From Candidatus Woesearchaeota archaeon (GTDB lineage: Archaea; Nanobdellota; Nanobdellia; SCGC-AAA011-G17; JACPNG01): a stretch of DNA of 64,000 bases. The stretch's first letter is position 1; each line of letters begins with the position of its first letter. Shown piece after piece: positions 18,412-28,483 of this stretch. The DNA is taken from positions 4,438 through 68,437 of the forward strand of contig JACPNG010000005.1 in NCBI GenBank assembly GCA_016185605.1. The letters are read 5' to 3'. The notes beneath the pieces are model-generated. The model made no database searches. It saw only the letters and a list, made by a program, of their open reading frames with translations, and was not told the DNA's origin. Both the position numbers and the translations under genes were made by a program.

Positions 18412-18672
18412 AAAGCTGAAGAATGATTTTTGAAACAGCCAGAATGCAGCTATCCAAGTAAGAAAGTTTACAATATCATAAATTGCAAGAACAATTAATA
18501 TTCCACATATAATATCAATCCAGCTTGTGAATGATTTTATAAATATTAATCCCTTTATTATTAGATATGTTGCAAATATCCAGCTAAAACTCCAGATATG
18601 AAAATTAAAGCTCGCCAATATTAATAATATTCCAGCTAAAAAATCCATTATTCCAAATAAATAGATTATCAT
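18406..18672 (-). CDS. small membrane protein (3 TM)
   Basis: 88 aa, hydrophobic throughout. Convergent 6-nt overlap with 17671..18411. Confidence 0.5.
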   Translation of the reverse strand: MIIYLFGIMDFLAGILLILASFNFHIWSFSWIFATYLIIKGLIFIKSFTSWIDIICGILIVLAIYDIVNFLTWIAAFWLFQKSFFSFL

Positions 18673-18722
18673 TTGAACGCTCTTTGGATTAATTATATAA
18701 ATATATCTGTCAAATCACATTT

Positions 18723-20228
18723 ATGGAGATTAGAAATTTTACCCCAAGAAGTTATCAGGAGAGTATTAAAGATGTTTGTATTAATAATAATACATTAGTA
18801 ATATTGCCGACAGGATTAGGAAAGACAAAAATTGCATTATTAACTTCCATATCAAGGTTAAATCAACTCCCAGATTCTAAAATTTTATTCCTGACTCCAA
18901 CAAAACCATTGGTTTCTCAGATATATAATGAATTTGTCGAGTATACTGATATTGACAAGTCCAATATGACAATGTTAACTGGCAAGGATAATCCAGAAGA
19001 TAGAAAACACTTATTCAATAAATCTAAGGTTATTATAGCAACACCCCAGACAATACAAAAGGATTTAGAAAGAAACAGAATCCAACTAAAAGATGTCTCT
19101 CTTCTATGTGTGGATGAAGCCCATAGATCAAGAAATAAATTTGCTAACACAATTGTAGCGAAAAACTACATTGAAAATTCAGAATTCCCAAGAATTATTG
19201 CCTTGACTGCATCACCTGGAGGAAATAAGGAAAAAATCAATGATATAGTCAAGAATCTCTACATTGAGTCTGTGGAGATAAGAACTGAAAATAGTGAAGA
19301 TGTAGTTTCATATATCCAGAAAAAAGACAGTGAATGGATAACCATTGAGCTTAATGAAGAAATAAAAAAAGTTCATGGTGATATTAAAAGAGTTTACAAA
19401 AATAAGATGGATGAGTTAAGAAAATATGGAATGACAAAGCCAATTAGTCTAATAACAAAAAAAGACCTTCTAATGCTGCAATTAAGATTCAGGAATGAAA
19501 TCAACAATAAAAATCCAGCAGCTTATAGCGGTATTGTCATAACATCGCAATTATTAAAGATAGACCATATTCTTGAGCTTATAGAAACCCAGACATTAAC
19601 AAGCGCATTAAAGTTTGTTGAAAAGTTAAAAGATGATCAGTCAAAATCCGCCAAATCATTGATTAAAGAGTCTTGGTATATTAATTGCTATAATAAATTA
19701 AGTAACCTTATCTCAAACGGTATAGACAATCCTAAACTAATAAAACTAGCAGAGATAATAAAAGAACAATTAGAAGCTAATCCTAAATCCAAAATAATAG
19801 TTTTCGCTAATTTTAGGAATACAGTTGATGATATAATCCAGTCATTGAATAAAGTAGATGGAATAAAATCAATTAAGCTTGTAGGGCAAAAAGAAGGCAT
19901 CTCCCAGAAACAACAAATATCTACAATTAAAAAATTCGAGGACGGATTATATAATGTCTTGGTTGGCACAAGCATTTCAGAAGAGGGATTAAATATCTCT
20001 GGGGGCTCTGATCTGGCAATATTTTATGATAACGTCTCAACAAGTATAAGAAGAATACAGAGAACAGGAAGGGTAGGAAGGATAAAATCCGGCAGAATTA
20101 TATTTCTGATGAATAAAGATACAAGAGATACTGCTTATTATTGGAAATCAAAGAGGGATGAAACCAAGATGAAAAATATTTTAAAAAGGATGAATGAGGA
20201 TAAATCCATGCAAAAGAACCTAATATGA
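18723..20228 (+). CDS. hef: Hef-type DEAH-box helicase (helicase part only)
   Basis: Motif I LPTGLGKT, II VDEAH, III TAS, VI QRTGRVGR. Followed by an ERCC4 nuclease gene with an ATGA overlap. Confidence 0.85.
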   Translation: MEIRNFTPRSYQESIKDVCINNNTLVILPTGLGKTKIALLTSISRLNQLPDSKILFLTPTKPLVSQIYNEFVEYTDIDKSNMTMLTGKDNPEDRKHLFNKSKVIIATPQTIQKDLERNRIQLKDVSLLCVDEAHRSRNKFANTIVAKNYIENSEFPRIIALTASPGGNKEKINDIVKNLYIESVEIRTENSEDVVSYIQKKDSEWITIELNEEIKKVHGDIKRVYKNKMDELRKYGMTKPISLITKKDLLMLQLRFRNEINNKNPAAYSGIVITSQLLKIDHILELIETQTLTSALKFVEKLKDDQSKSAKSLIKESWYINCYNKLSNLISNGIDNPKLIKLAEIIKEQLEANPKSKIIVFANFRNTVDDIIQSLNKVDGIKSIKLVGQKEGISQKQQISTIKKFEDGLYNVLVGTSISEEGLNISGGSDLAIFYDNVSTSIRRIQRTGRVGRIKSGRIIFLMNKDTRDTAYYWKSKRDETKMKNILKRMNEDKSMQKNLI

Positions 20229-20884
20229 ACAAAGTAATAGTCGATTACAGGGAGAGGTCATCTGGAATAGTAAAAGAGCTGGCTAAGAAAAAAATAGATA
20301 CTGAAATAAAACAACTTATTATGGGCGACTTTGTAATACAAAGCAAGGATCTAAATAATAAATTAGTTACAGTCGGCATAGAAAAGAAAACCCAGTCAGA
20401 TTTTCTCAATTCGATTATAGACAAAAGGATATTACAGCAATTGATAAATCTAAAGGAAAATTTTGATATTCCCCTATTATTGATAGAAGGTTCTGAGAAT
20501 ATTTATGAGATTAGAAATTTCCACCCAAATTCTATTAGGGGAATGCTTGCTTCAATAGCTATAGATTATCAAATCCCCATAATATTCACCAAGAATATAA
20601 GAGATACAGCCTCTTTAATCGGAATAATAGCAAAAAGGCTCGAAAGACCAATTAAAAATATAAGTCTAATAAGCAAAAGAAAACCATTAACACTAAAAGA
20701 ACAGCAAGAATTTATTGTAAGTAGCCTTCCAGGAGTTGGGCCGACAATTGCAAAATCATTGTTAAAAAAATTCGGATCAATATATAATATAATTAATGCA
20801 AATAAAGAAGATTTAATGGATGTTGACAAAATAGGCAAGAAGAAAGCAGAAGATATTAAGACATTACTTGAATCTCAATATTAA
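20225..20884 (+). CDS. ERCC4/XPF-Mus81-type nuclease with C-terminal (HhH)2
   Basis: GDFVI...GIEKKTQSDF (GDxn-ERKxxxD-like, Arg replaced by Lys). LPGVGPTIAKSLLKKFGS helix-hairpin-helix. Confidence 0.8.
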   Translation: MNKVIVDYRERSSGIVKELAKKKIDTEIKQLIMGDFVIQSKDLNNKLVTVGIEKKTQSDFLNSIIDKRILQQLINLKENFDIPLLLIEGSENIYEIRNFHPNSIRGMLASIAIDYQIPIIFTKNIRDTASLIGIIAKRLERPIKNISLISKRKPLTLKEQQEFIVSSLPGVGPTIAKSLLKKFGSIYNIINANKEDLMDVDKIGKKKAEDIKTLLESQY

Positions 20885-21399
20885 CTTAGTTTATATTCCT
20901 GAATTATAGTATATCTTGGACCATCTTTTGTCAAATCACTCTTTATCAACTTAAAATTATCAACTAAAAACTCATCTTCAAATTTAATTTTCAGTTTTTC
21001 CATAAATCGTTTCTTATCTTTAACAAATTTTACTCTTCCCAATGTAACATGTCCATGGAATTTCTGATCTTCTTTTGATATGTCCAATAAATTCTCATCT
21101 ATTTTCTTTTGTAATTCTAATATCTTACCATTTACACCTATCCAGACAACATTTATTTTTTTATCATTCGGAAATACATCAATATTTCCAATTTTAGAAT
21201 TAAATGATTTAAAATTTATATTGTTTAACCTATTTTTTATATCCTCTAAAACATCTTCATTAACCTCTCCCAGGAATTTCAATGTGCAGTGAAATGAATC
21301 AGCAAATTTGATTTTTGCCAATCCTCTAAATTCAGACTGTAACTTTCTAAGTTTATCTGATATTTTTTTAGGAATTTCAACTGCTATAAACAACCTCAT
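20881..21399 (-). CDS. ligT: RNA 2',3'-cyclic phosphodiesterase / 2'-5' RNA ligase (LigT family)
   Basis: Two HxT motifs (FHCTLKFLG, HGHVTLGR). Start moved to ATG 21399 (MRLFIAVEIP), preceded by GGGGGAGG. The track start is 21417. Confidence 0.8.
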   Translation of the reverse strand: MRLFIAVEIPKKISDKLRKLQSEFRGLAKIKFADSFHCTLKFLGEVNEDVLEDIKNRLNNINFKSFNSKIGNIDVFPNDKKINVVWIGVNGKILELQKKIDENLLDISKEDQKFHGHVTLGRVKFVKDKKRFMEKLKIKFEDEFLVDNFKLIKSDLTKDGPRYTIIQEYKLS

Positions 21400-21468
21400 C
21401 TCATTCCTCCCCCACATTATAAATGCTAAATTATTATCTTACAAAAAGAATAAGAAATGCTTAAAAGA

Positions 21469-22593
21469 TTATCCAAACATAATCATGTGATCATCTTCTT
21501 CTTCAACTCTGACTTTTTTTATAGCATTAATAAAATCATTCTGGTTTATGTTATGTCTGTTACTCCTGATTGCATTGTATCCTGCTTCAGTGCACACTGA
21601 CCTTATATCTGCACCAGAAAGATTCTCGGTTTCTTCAACTAAATCCTTGAAGTCTATATTATTAAGACTCATATTTTTTGAATGAATCTTGAATATATCT
21701 TCCCTTTCTTCTTTATTTGGCAGATTAATCTCTATTAACCTGTCTAATCTTCCTGGTCTCAATAAGGCTTGGTCCAATACATCAATCCTGTTTGTCGCTC
21801 CTATCAGCTTTACATTGCCTAATGGCTTGAATCCGTCCAATTCAGCCAAGAATTGCATGAATGTCCTCTGCACCTCTCTTTCCCCAGAAGTACCCATATC
21901 AATTCTTTCAGAAGCTAAAGCGTCCATTTCATCAATGAAAATTATGCTTGGAGCTCTTTCTTTTGCCAATTTAAATATGTCCCTGACTAATTTTGCACCC
22001 TCACCTATATACTTTTGATTTAACTCAGATGCAACTACCTCTATAAAAGTTGCTTTGGTAGAGGCTGCAACTGCTTTTGCCAATAAAGTTTTACCAGATC
22101 CTGGAGGACCATATAATAAAATGCCTTTTGGAGGCTCTATTCCAATTTTTTCAAAAATTTCTGGCTTTGTCAATGGCAGTTCTATTACTTCTTTTATCTC
22201 ATTTATCTGCTCTTTTAATCCTCCAATCTGCTCCCATGAAATATTTGGCTTTTCCACTGTGACAAAACTTTCTACATCATAATTTTTATTAGTATCCAAT
22301 TTATCTACAATAGTTAATGATCTTTGTTCTGCTAAAATTTCATCATGAATTTTTAATTTACCTATTAAATGATTAGAAATTTCAACAGAAAAATTATTCC
22401 CATTTGGCAGTTTTATAATTGCTTTGTCATCCATTATTGATTTTATCTGGCAGACAATCAATGGCTTTTTTCTGAACTTTGTCAGTTCATTTTTCAGATG
22501 TATTATTGTTGCTTTCAATACTTTGTTCTCGCTTTCAAGGGAGATGCCAGAATTATTGTCTATATCTTCATATGACTTGAAGTTTACTTCCAT
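21469..22593 (-). CDS. pan: proteasome-activating nucleotidase (AAA+ ATPase)
   Basis: N-terminal coiled coil, OB-like region, Walker A GPPGSGKTLLAKAVA, Walker B IIFIDEMDA, C-terminal hydrophobic tail. Confidence 0.85.
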   Translation of the reverse strand: MEVNFKSYEDIDNNSGISLESENKVLKATIIHLKNELTKFRKKPLIVCQIKSIMDDKAIIKLPNGNNFSVEISNHLIGKLKIHDEILAEQRSLTIVDKLDTNKNYDVESFVTVEKPNISWEQIGGLKEQINEIKEVIELPLTKPEIFEKIGIEPPKGILLYGPPGSGKTLLAKAVAASTKATFIEVVASELNQKYIGEGAKLVRDIFKLAKERAPSIIFIDEMDALASERIDMGTSGEREVQRTFMQFLAELDGFKPLGNVKLIGATNRIDVLDQALLRPGRLDRLIEINLPNKEEREDIFKIHSKNMSLNNIDFKDLVEETENLSGADIRSVCTEAGYNAIRSNRHNINQNDFINAIKKVRVEEEDDHMIMFG

Positions 22594-22628
22594 ACTAAAA
22601 AAATAATATCTTCATTATTTATAAAGAT

Positions 22629-23702
22629 TTATCTTGTTATTATATATTTAGAAACTGAATTGTATAATTCTCTAGCTTTTTTGTTTTTTTCAAAATGATT
22701 TCTTATCGGTTCAATCAATTTATTGATATACTCAGCTACACTAATTTTCAAATCTAGTGGATGTATATCTTTATTCTTGAACGATTTGACAAGATCTCCA
22801 TAGTTTTCAAATACAAGATCGCCACCAAACTTTTTATCCCTCTTTATTTCAAATGTTTTAAATTTTTCGAAGATGATATATTTGCAATATTCAAGAATTG
22901 GATTATTTTCATCAATGCCCTCCGGACAGTATGCATTTTTTATTTTTGATTTTATTTTTTCTTCTGTGTCCATCATAAATATTGCAGTATCTGGTTTGGA
23001 TTTTGACATTTTTAATTCTAAAACTCTATCTTTAGTATTCTCGCTTTTTGGTGGTTGACCTAATCCCATTAACATATGATGGTGAACCGCCACTGGTTTA
23101 TAACCAAATAATTTTTCTCCTATTTCTCTTGCCAATACATTTACTTTCCTTTGATCCATGCCTAATTGAGCTATATCAACATTCATATGAAATATATCTG
23201 CTGCCTGCATACAGGGATATAATATTTGAGAAGCTTGTGAAACATCGCCATCTTTTCTTCCCATTATTTGTCCACACCTTATAACCCTATTTATTGTAGA
23301 ATTCCTTGCGATATGCATAACCTTCTTCCAGTAATCCTTATCTTCTATAAAATCATTTGCCCATACAAATTCGACATTTTTTAGATCCATACCGCTAACT
23401 TTCCACATTTCTATGAAAAATTTGCCTGCTGTTTGAATTTTATCTAAATCGCCACCATATTTATTATTAGCCCAAGCATGCCAATCTGCAACAAACATCT
23501 TAAATTTTATGCCTATACTCGTCATCTTATTTATGTTAATTGCTCTAATTATTCCTTGAGCTATATGTGGGATGCCACTCGGTTCAAAACCATCATAAGC
23601 AATGGGGTGGGATTTAGTCTCAAGAATATTTTTCAATTCCTGTTCTGTTATAATCTCCTCAGAGAATCCTTTTATCAGATTAATTTTAGTATTAATATCC
23701 AT
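22629..23702 (-). CDS. tyrS: tyrosyl-tRNA synthetase, archaeal type
   Basis: GFEPSGIPHIAQG (HIGH region), KMSKSKP, KNAYCP, NPILEY, FGGDL, IHPLDLK. Closely parallels the Methanocaldococcus TyrRS pattern as recalled from memory. Confidence 0.85.
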   Translation of the reverse strand: MDINTKINLIKGFSEEIITEQELKNILETKSHPIAYDGFEPSGIPHIAQGIIRAININKMTSIGIKFKMFVADWHAWANNKYGGDLDKIQTAGKFFIEMWKVSGMDLKNVEFVWANDFIEDKDYWKKVMHIARNSTINRVIRCGQIMGRKDGDVSQASQILYPCMQAADIFHMNVDIAQLGMDQRKVNVLAREIGEKLFGYKPVAVHHHMLMGLGQPPKSENTKDRVLELKMSKSKPDTAIFMMDTEEKIKSKIKNAYCPEGIDENNPILEYCKYIIFEKFKTFEIKRDKKFGGDLVFENYGDLVKSFKNKDIHPLDLKISVAEYINKLIEPIRNHFEKNKKARELYNSVSKYIITR

Positions 23703-23751
23703 ATAGGATTACAAAAATTCATTTAAATATAAATCTATCTATAAATATAAG

Positions 23752-24099
23752 TTGGAAGAGTCTACTATATTCAAATTGGCTTTATTATCATCATTGGTTG
23801 GAATATTCATAATATTGCTAGTTGCTGAAAATCTAGAGGTTAAATTATACAATATTTCTTCAATCACAAATGATAATTTGGATGAAAAAGTAAAAGTTAA
23901 CGGCGAAATAATCTCTATAAGAGAAACTCCAGGGCTTATTATTATGGATTTAAAAGACGAAACTGGAGTAATCAAGGTTATTTTGTTTAAAGAGGGTGAA
24001 GTAAATATTAATAGAAACGATAAAGTGGAAATTATAGGCAAAGTCATAAAATATAGAAATTATCTGGAGATAGAAACTGAGAGTATAAAAATAATATGA
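23752..24099 (+). CDS. membrane-anchored OB-fold protein
   Basis: TTG start, one N-terminal TM helix, then VKVNGEIISIRETPGLIIMDLKDETGVIKVILF, an OB-fold (tRNA_anti-like) pattern. Confidence 0.5.
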   Translation: MEESTIFKLALLSSLVGIFIILLVAENLEVKLYNISSITNDNLDEKVKVNGEIISIRETPGLIIMDLKDETGVIKVILFKEGEVNINRNDKVEIIGKVIKYRNYLEIETESIKII

Positions 24100-25292
24100 T
24101 TCTGGAAATAATTGCCTCAATATTTATAGGAACATTTTTAGGGATAATTACAGGCATAACTCCTGGAATTCACATAAATTTAGTCGCTGTTTTGGCTCTA
24201 ACTAGTTTTCCTATATTATCCAATTATTTTTCAGTCTTGTCAATAGTTATTGTTCTGATTTCAATGGCGGTTGCACATACGTTTCTGGATTTTATACCAT
24301 CAGTATATCTCGGGGCTCCGAATCCAGATACAGCATTGTCTATATTGCCCGCGCATAGGCTATTATTAGAAGGAAAAGGTCATGAAGCTGTCCAGCTAGC
24401 TACAATAGGAAGTTTATTTGGATTAGTTATAACAATATTAATGACCCCTTTATTGGTCATAAGTGTAGCTAAATTTTATCCAATAATAAACTTGTTTATT
24501 CCATATATTCTAGGATTAGCATCTTTATTTTTAATATTAAAAGATTCTAATAGGAGATGGTCATTAATCTGTTTTTTATTATCGGGAGTATTAGGAATTG
24601 GAGTATTTAGCCTAAATCTCAAGGAGCCGTTACTGCCTTTATTTTCAGGATTATTTGGAGTTAGCACTATATTAACGAGCTTAAAAAACAATATAAGATT
24701 GCCAGCGCAAAAAATAGAAAAAATTAGCATTGATAAGAAAGAAACTTTTAAATCTCTTTCAGGAGGTTTCATTGCCTCTTCTTTAGTTGGATTCTTACCT
24801 GGGATGGGCTCTGCTCAGGCAGCTATTTTAGCTTCAAATATAACTGGAGAACTAAATACAAGGGGATTTATTATTTTACTTGGCTCAATAAACACAATGG
24901 TGATGATTATTTCAGTTATAGCATTATATGTAATAGATAGGGCAAGGAATGGAGTAATTGTTGTTGTATCAAAATTCATTGAAACCATTACATTAAATCA
25001 TTTAATTTTATTTACTGGAGTAATTTTTGTAGTCGGAGGGCTAGCTACATTTTTGACTTTATACCTATCAAAAATATTCTCTAAGATAATAGACAGAATA
25101 AATTATGAAATAGTTAATATGATTATATTGGCTTTTATTATCTCTTTGGTTACTTATATAAGCGGATTACTGGGATTATTTGTTTTATTGGTTTCTACAT
25201 CTATTGGACTAATTCCAATAATAAAAAATACCCAGAGAAGCCATTTAATGGGCTCATTGATTATTCCAGTCATTCTTTATTTTATTCTATGA
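24096..25292 (+). CDS. polytopic membrane protein, possibly TctA/DUF112-like transporter
   Basis: 398 aa, about 10 TM segments. GITPGIHINL and LPGMGSAQAAIL motifs resemble DUF112. 4-nt overlap with the upstream gene. Confidence 0.6.
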   Translation: MILEIIASIFIGTFLGIITGITPGIHINLVAVLALTSFPILSNYFSVLSIVIVLISMAVAHTFLDFIPSVYLGAPNPDTALSILPAHRLLLEGKGHEAVQLATIGSLFGLVITILMTPLLVISVAKFYPIINLFIPYILGLASLFLILKDSNRRWSLICFLLSGVLGIGVFSLNLKEPLLPLFSGLFGVSTILTSLKNNIRLPAQKIEKISIDKKETFKSLSGGFIASSLVGFLPGMGSAQAAILASNITGELNTRGFIILLGSINTMVMIISVIALYVIDRARNGVIVVVSKFIETITLNHLILFTGVIFVVGGLATFLTLYLSKIFSKIIDRINYEIVNMIILAFIISLVTYISGLLGLFVLLVSTSIGLIPIIKNTQRSHLMGSLIIPVILYFIL

Positions 25293-28200
25293 AATGAGGA
25301 AGCTATTTTTTCTACCTCTTCATTATACCATCCAGAATTTAGTGATCTAGTTTTTAAGTAATTTAACGGCAATCCTCTTTTAATTCCCTCTCTAAAATAA
25401 TTTTCTAAATCTTTAATGTTAGAATGCTCTTTGAAATTATTTCTATTGAACAAAGGCATTGGCTCTATAACCTCTTTTTTCATAATGGGCTTTTCTAGAC
25501 TAGATTTTTTTAAAAGATTAAAAGAAGGAAGTTTGAATATTGATTTTTCTTCTTTTTTTCCTTTGCCCTTCTTATAGTAAATCCAGTATGTATATCCTAA
25601 TAAAGATAATATTAATAAGACTATAATAGATATTATAACCCACTTTAGTAAATTAGATTTTCCTTGTTCTTCTTTGCAATCGCTTGGACAATTATTAATT
25701 GTTTCTGGATATTCTTTGTCTGAATCGCAAACTCCATCTTCGTTGCACAAAGGAGTTAAATCATCTGAATCATTTATTCCATCTCCATCTGTATCTGGAT
25801 TATTCGGATTATATCCTAATCTTATCTCAGTATCGTCATCTAACCCGTCATTGTCCGAATCTTTAGATGTTTGGATTATTGGTTGTGTTTGGGCTCTTGG
25901 GCTAGAGATTATACATGATCCGTCTGGTCTGCAAATCTCTCCAACGTCACATCCACATACAGCACATTTTTGTTCTAATAGTCCATCCTCACAATAACTT
26001 GGCTTATTATTGCTGCATGAATTGTCTTTGGTTCCATCAGAGCATGACTCTCCTGAGCCTTTGCAATCTATATCATTGTCATCTATTGTTCCGTCGCAGT
26101 CATTATCCTTATTATCCAGACAGTTTCTCTCTTTTCTTTGATAACTATTTATTGAATCATAATTACAGCTATTCCATTCTCCATTAGCACATGTCTGATT
26201 TAATCCAAGGCATACCCCTTTATTTAAGCTGCAATTTCTAGTTTGATTTCCTTCACATATACAGTTTTCATCTACTGCTCCGTTGCAGTTATTATCAAGA
26301 TTATCATTGCATATTTCATCTATTGGTATAATCCTTCCCAGACATGATGTCCATAAATTATTAATACACTCTTGTGTTCCTTGTGTACATACACCTATTC
26401 CAGTTCCACAACTCTTTGAGCTTCCAGTATTACACTTACATCCTTCATCTACTGCTCCGTTGCAGTTATTATCTAAATTATCGCAGATTTCATTTTGAGG
26501 CAATACTGCTCCATTACACAATCCCCATTTTAATAAATCATTATCTAATCTGCATGTTTGGACCCCTTCCTTGCATATTCCCTCATTTGGACCACCACAA
26601 GTTCTATTAGCTCCATTATTTGTACATTCGCAGTTTTCATCTACTGCTCCGTTGCAGTTATTATCTTTATTATCTCCGCATTCTTCCTGAGATTCTTTTA
26701 TCCCCCCACTACATAATCCCCATATTCCTTCTTCTTTACATGTTTCAGTTCCCTGTTCACATATACCAATATCTGTTCCGCATTTCCTTATATCTCCAGG
26801 ATTGCAAGTTTCAATTTTTACTCCAGTGCATTTAGAAGTGTCAAATTTACATGTGTTCTTACAGCTTAATATCCCTCCTGTAAATCCTAGATCTTGACAT
26901 GCTTTATTATTTAAGTTTGTATTATCACAATCTTCATTTAGATTTATAATTTTATTACCGCATAATTCTGGAATTGTAATTCCGCAATCTGATTTGCAAG
27001 TATTGTCCGAGCATAAAGTTTCTCCTTGAGGACATCCTTCTCCAAGTAATGGATTTCCATTGCTATCTACTGGTCCCTGAGATGTATTTGGTGAATTATC
27101 CCTATTATCAGGGATATTATCATTATCATCATCTTTCTGGCATGTTTTTGTTGTTAATGAATCGCATATTAAGTTGCCACTGCAGAAATCTCTATTGCCG
27201 TCACAATCTTTAATTAAACAGCTTTCTCCTAATTCTGATTCGCATTTATTATTAAAATTATTTGGCGGATTAATGCATTCATTTATATTGGAAATGCATT
27301 TATTGATTGTGCCGCACCAAACTTGATTTTGGGGACATCCTTCTCCAAGTAATGGATTTCCATTGCTATCTACTGGACCTGTTTGAGGATTAGGGCAAGT
27401 TCCTTTGCTTTGGTCCCTATTATCTGGAATATTATCATTATCGCAATCTGGTTGGCATGTTTTTGTTGTTAATGAATCGCATATTAAGTTACTACTGCAG
27501 AAATCTTTACTTCCATCGCAATCTGAACAGGAGCAACTTTCTTTATTTTCTGATTCGCATATTCCATTATTGTTGCATATGAAAATAGGCTCAACTGCTG
27601 ATCCAACAGCTCCGCAATCAGAATCTAAATTGTCTATTTTACCGTCGCAGTCATTATCCTTATTGTCATTGCATAAACTCTGTTCATTATTAGTGCAGAC
27701 TTTAAACTCCCCTTTAACAAATTTTACACATCCGAAATTTCCATCTTTTAAATAACTATCACAAAAAAAAGTAAAAAAATTATTTAGCCCTAAATCACTT
27801 TCTTTGGATGTATAACTGCAACTAGCATTTTCATTATTTGTGGAAGTGCTGCAATACTCTCCTTGATTGCAAATTCCATTAACTATATCTTCATTCTCTC
27901 CAGTCCCCTTGCAGACTCTGACAGATTTTAAGCATATTCCACCTTCATCTACTGAGCCATCACAGTCATCATCCTTAAGATTACATATTTCTTCTGCTCC
28001 AGGATAAGCATTTGGATCATTATCATTGCAGTCTAATCCAGAATAAGTATAATTATAATGCTCTAATCCCCTTACTGGAAATCCATCAAAATCCCCATCT
28101 ATGGTTTCACAATCACAATTTAGATTACAAACTTGACCAGATTGGCATCCTCCTTGTCCTGTAAGTGTCGGCCAGTTTTGAGTGGATAAGGCATAAGTAT

Positions 28201-28474
28201 AATAACTATATCCCCAATTTATTATCTCTAAATTTTTTATGTTTGTATCTAAAAATACCCCTTCACAATTTTGATCTATTGAGCCATTAGGAGAGAATTG
28301 TCCATAATAACTGCTGCAAACTTGTCCATGTATTAATGGTCCATAAAATTTGATTGGACAATTATCCCTGCCGCAAGGATAATCCATTTTAGGTTCATAC
28401 TTTGAGGTATGCTCTGCATAAGCCAAGCTTATAGTTAAGAGTACAAATATTATTAATAATATTGTTTTTTTCAT
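25277..28474 (-). CDS. giant Cys-rich repeat surface protein (type I membrane topology), putative adhesin
   Basis: Signal peptide MKKTILLIIFVLLTISLAYA. At least 6 copies of the C-x-D-N-x-D-N-[ND]-C-[ND]-G-x-[VI]-D-E motif (MopE-like putative metal-binding repeat). TSP3-like DSDNDGLDDD...NPDTDGDGINDSDD. C-terminal TM WVIISIIVLLILSLLGYTYWIY plus a roughly 100-aa basic tail. Confidence 0.8.
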   Translation of the reverse strand: MKKTILLIIFVLLTISLAYAEHTSKYEPKMDYPCGRDNCPIKFYGPLIHGQVCSSYYGQFSPNGSIDQNCEGVFLDTNIKNLEIINWGYSYYTYALSTQNWPTLTGQGGCQSGQVCNLNCDCETIDGDFDGFPVRGLEHYNYTYSGLDCNDNDPNAYPGAEEICNLKDDDCDGSVDEGGICLKSVRVCKGTGENEDIVNGICNQGEYCSTSTNNENASCSYTSKESDLGLNNFFTFFCDSYLKDGNFGCVKFVKGEFKVCTNNEQSLCNDNKDNDCDGKIDNLDSDCGAVGSAVEPIFICNNNGICESENKESCSCSDCDGSKDFCSSNLICDSLTTKTCQPDCDNDNIPDNRDQSKGTCPNPQTGPVDSNGNPLLGEGCPQNQVWCGTINKCISNINECINPPNNFNNKCESELGESCLIKDCDGNRDFCSGNLICDSLTTKTCQKDDDNDNIPDNRDNSPNTSQGPVDSNGNPLLGEGCPQGETLCSDNTCKSDCGITIPELCGNKIINLNEDCDNTNLNNKACQDLGFTGGILSCKNTCKFDTSKCTGVKIETCNPGDIRKCGTDIGICEQGTETCKEEGIWGLCSGGIKESQEECGDNKDNNCNGAVDENCECTNNGANRTCGGPNEGICKEGVQTCRLDNDLLKWGLCNGAVLPQNEICDNLDNNCNGAVDEGCKCNTGSSKSCGTGIGVCTQGTQECINNLWTSCLGRIIPIDEICNDNLDNNCNGAVDENCICEGNQTRNCSLNKGVCLGLNQTCANGEWNSCNYDSINSYQRKERNCLDNKDNDCDGTIDDNDIDCKGSGESCSDGTKDNSCSNNKPSYCEDGLLEQKCAVCGCDVGEICRPDGSCIISSPRAQTQPIIQTSKDSDNDGLDDDTEIRLGYNPNNPDTDGDGINDSDDLTPLCNEDGVCDSDKEYPETINNCPSDCKEEQGKSNLLKWVIISIIVLLILSLLGYTYWIYYKKGKGKKEEKSIFKLPSFNLLKKSSLEKPIMKKEVIEPMPLFNRNNFKEHSNIKDLENYFREGIKRGLPLNYLKTRSLNSGWYNEEVEKIASSFHRIK
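26268..26665. repeat. three near-identical 29-nt copies (tcatctactgctccgttgcagttattatc) inside the adhesin gene
   Basis: Copies at 26268..26296, 26445..26473 and 26637..26665 (spacing 177 and 192 nt). On the minus strand they encode the core of the DNNCNGAVDE repeat. Confidence 0.85.
27030..27490. repeat. roughly 300-nt tandem duplication inside the adhesin gene
   Basis: Identical 44-mers at 27030..27073 and 27333..27376. Identical 37-mers at 27139..27175 and 27454..27490. They encode the duplicated segment ...CDG.(K/R)DFCS.NLICDSLTTKTCQ...DNDNIPDNRD...GPVDSNGNPLLGEGCPQ. Confidence 0.85.
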
Positions 28475-28483
28475 TTTAATTTA

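Noticed and set aside
26268-26665. Regularly spaced 29-nt identical repeats, considered as a possible mini-CRISPR array
   Set aside because: Spacing is 177 and 192 nt, far longer than CRISPR spacers. The repeats are in frame within a long ORF and encode the conserved DNNCNGAVDE motif. No cas genes are present.
27405-27755. Plus-strand ORFs inside the adhesin and protease genes (e.g. 25674..25997, 26283..26835, 27405..27755, 28827..29255)
   Set aside because: They are antisense to long, motif-rich minus-strand genes and are open only because the Cys/Asp/Asn codon repeats lack stops on the opposite strand.
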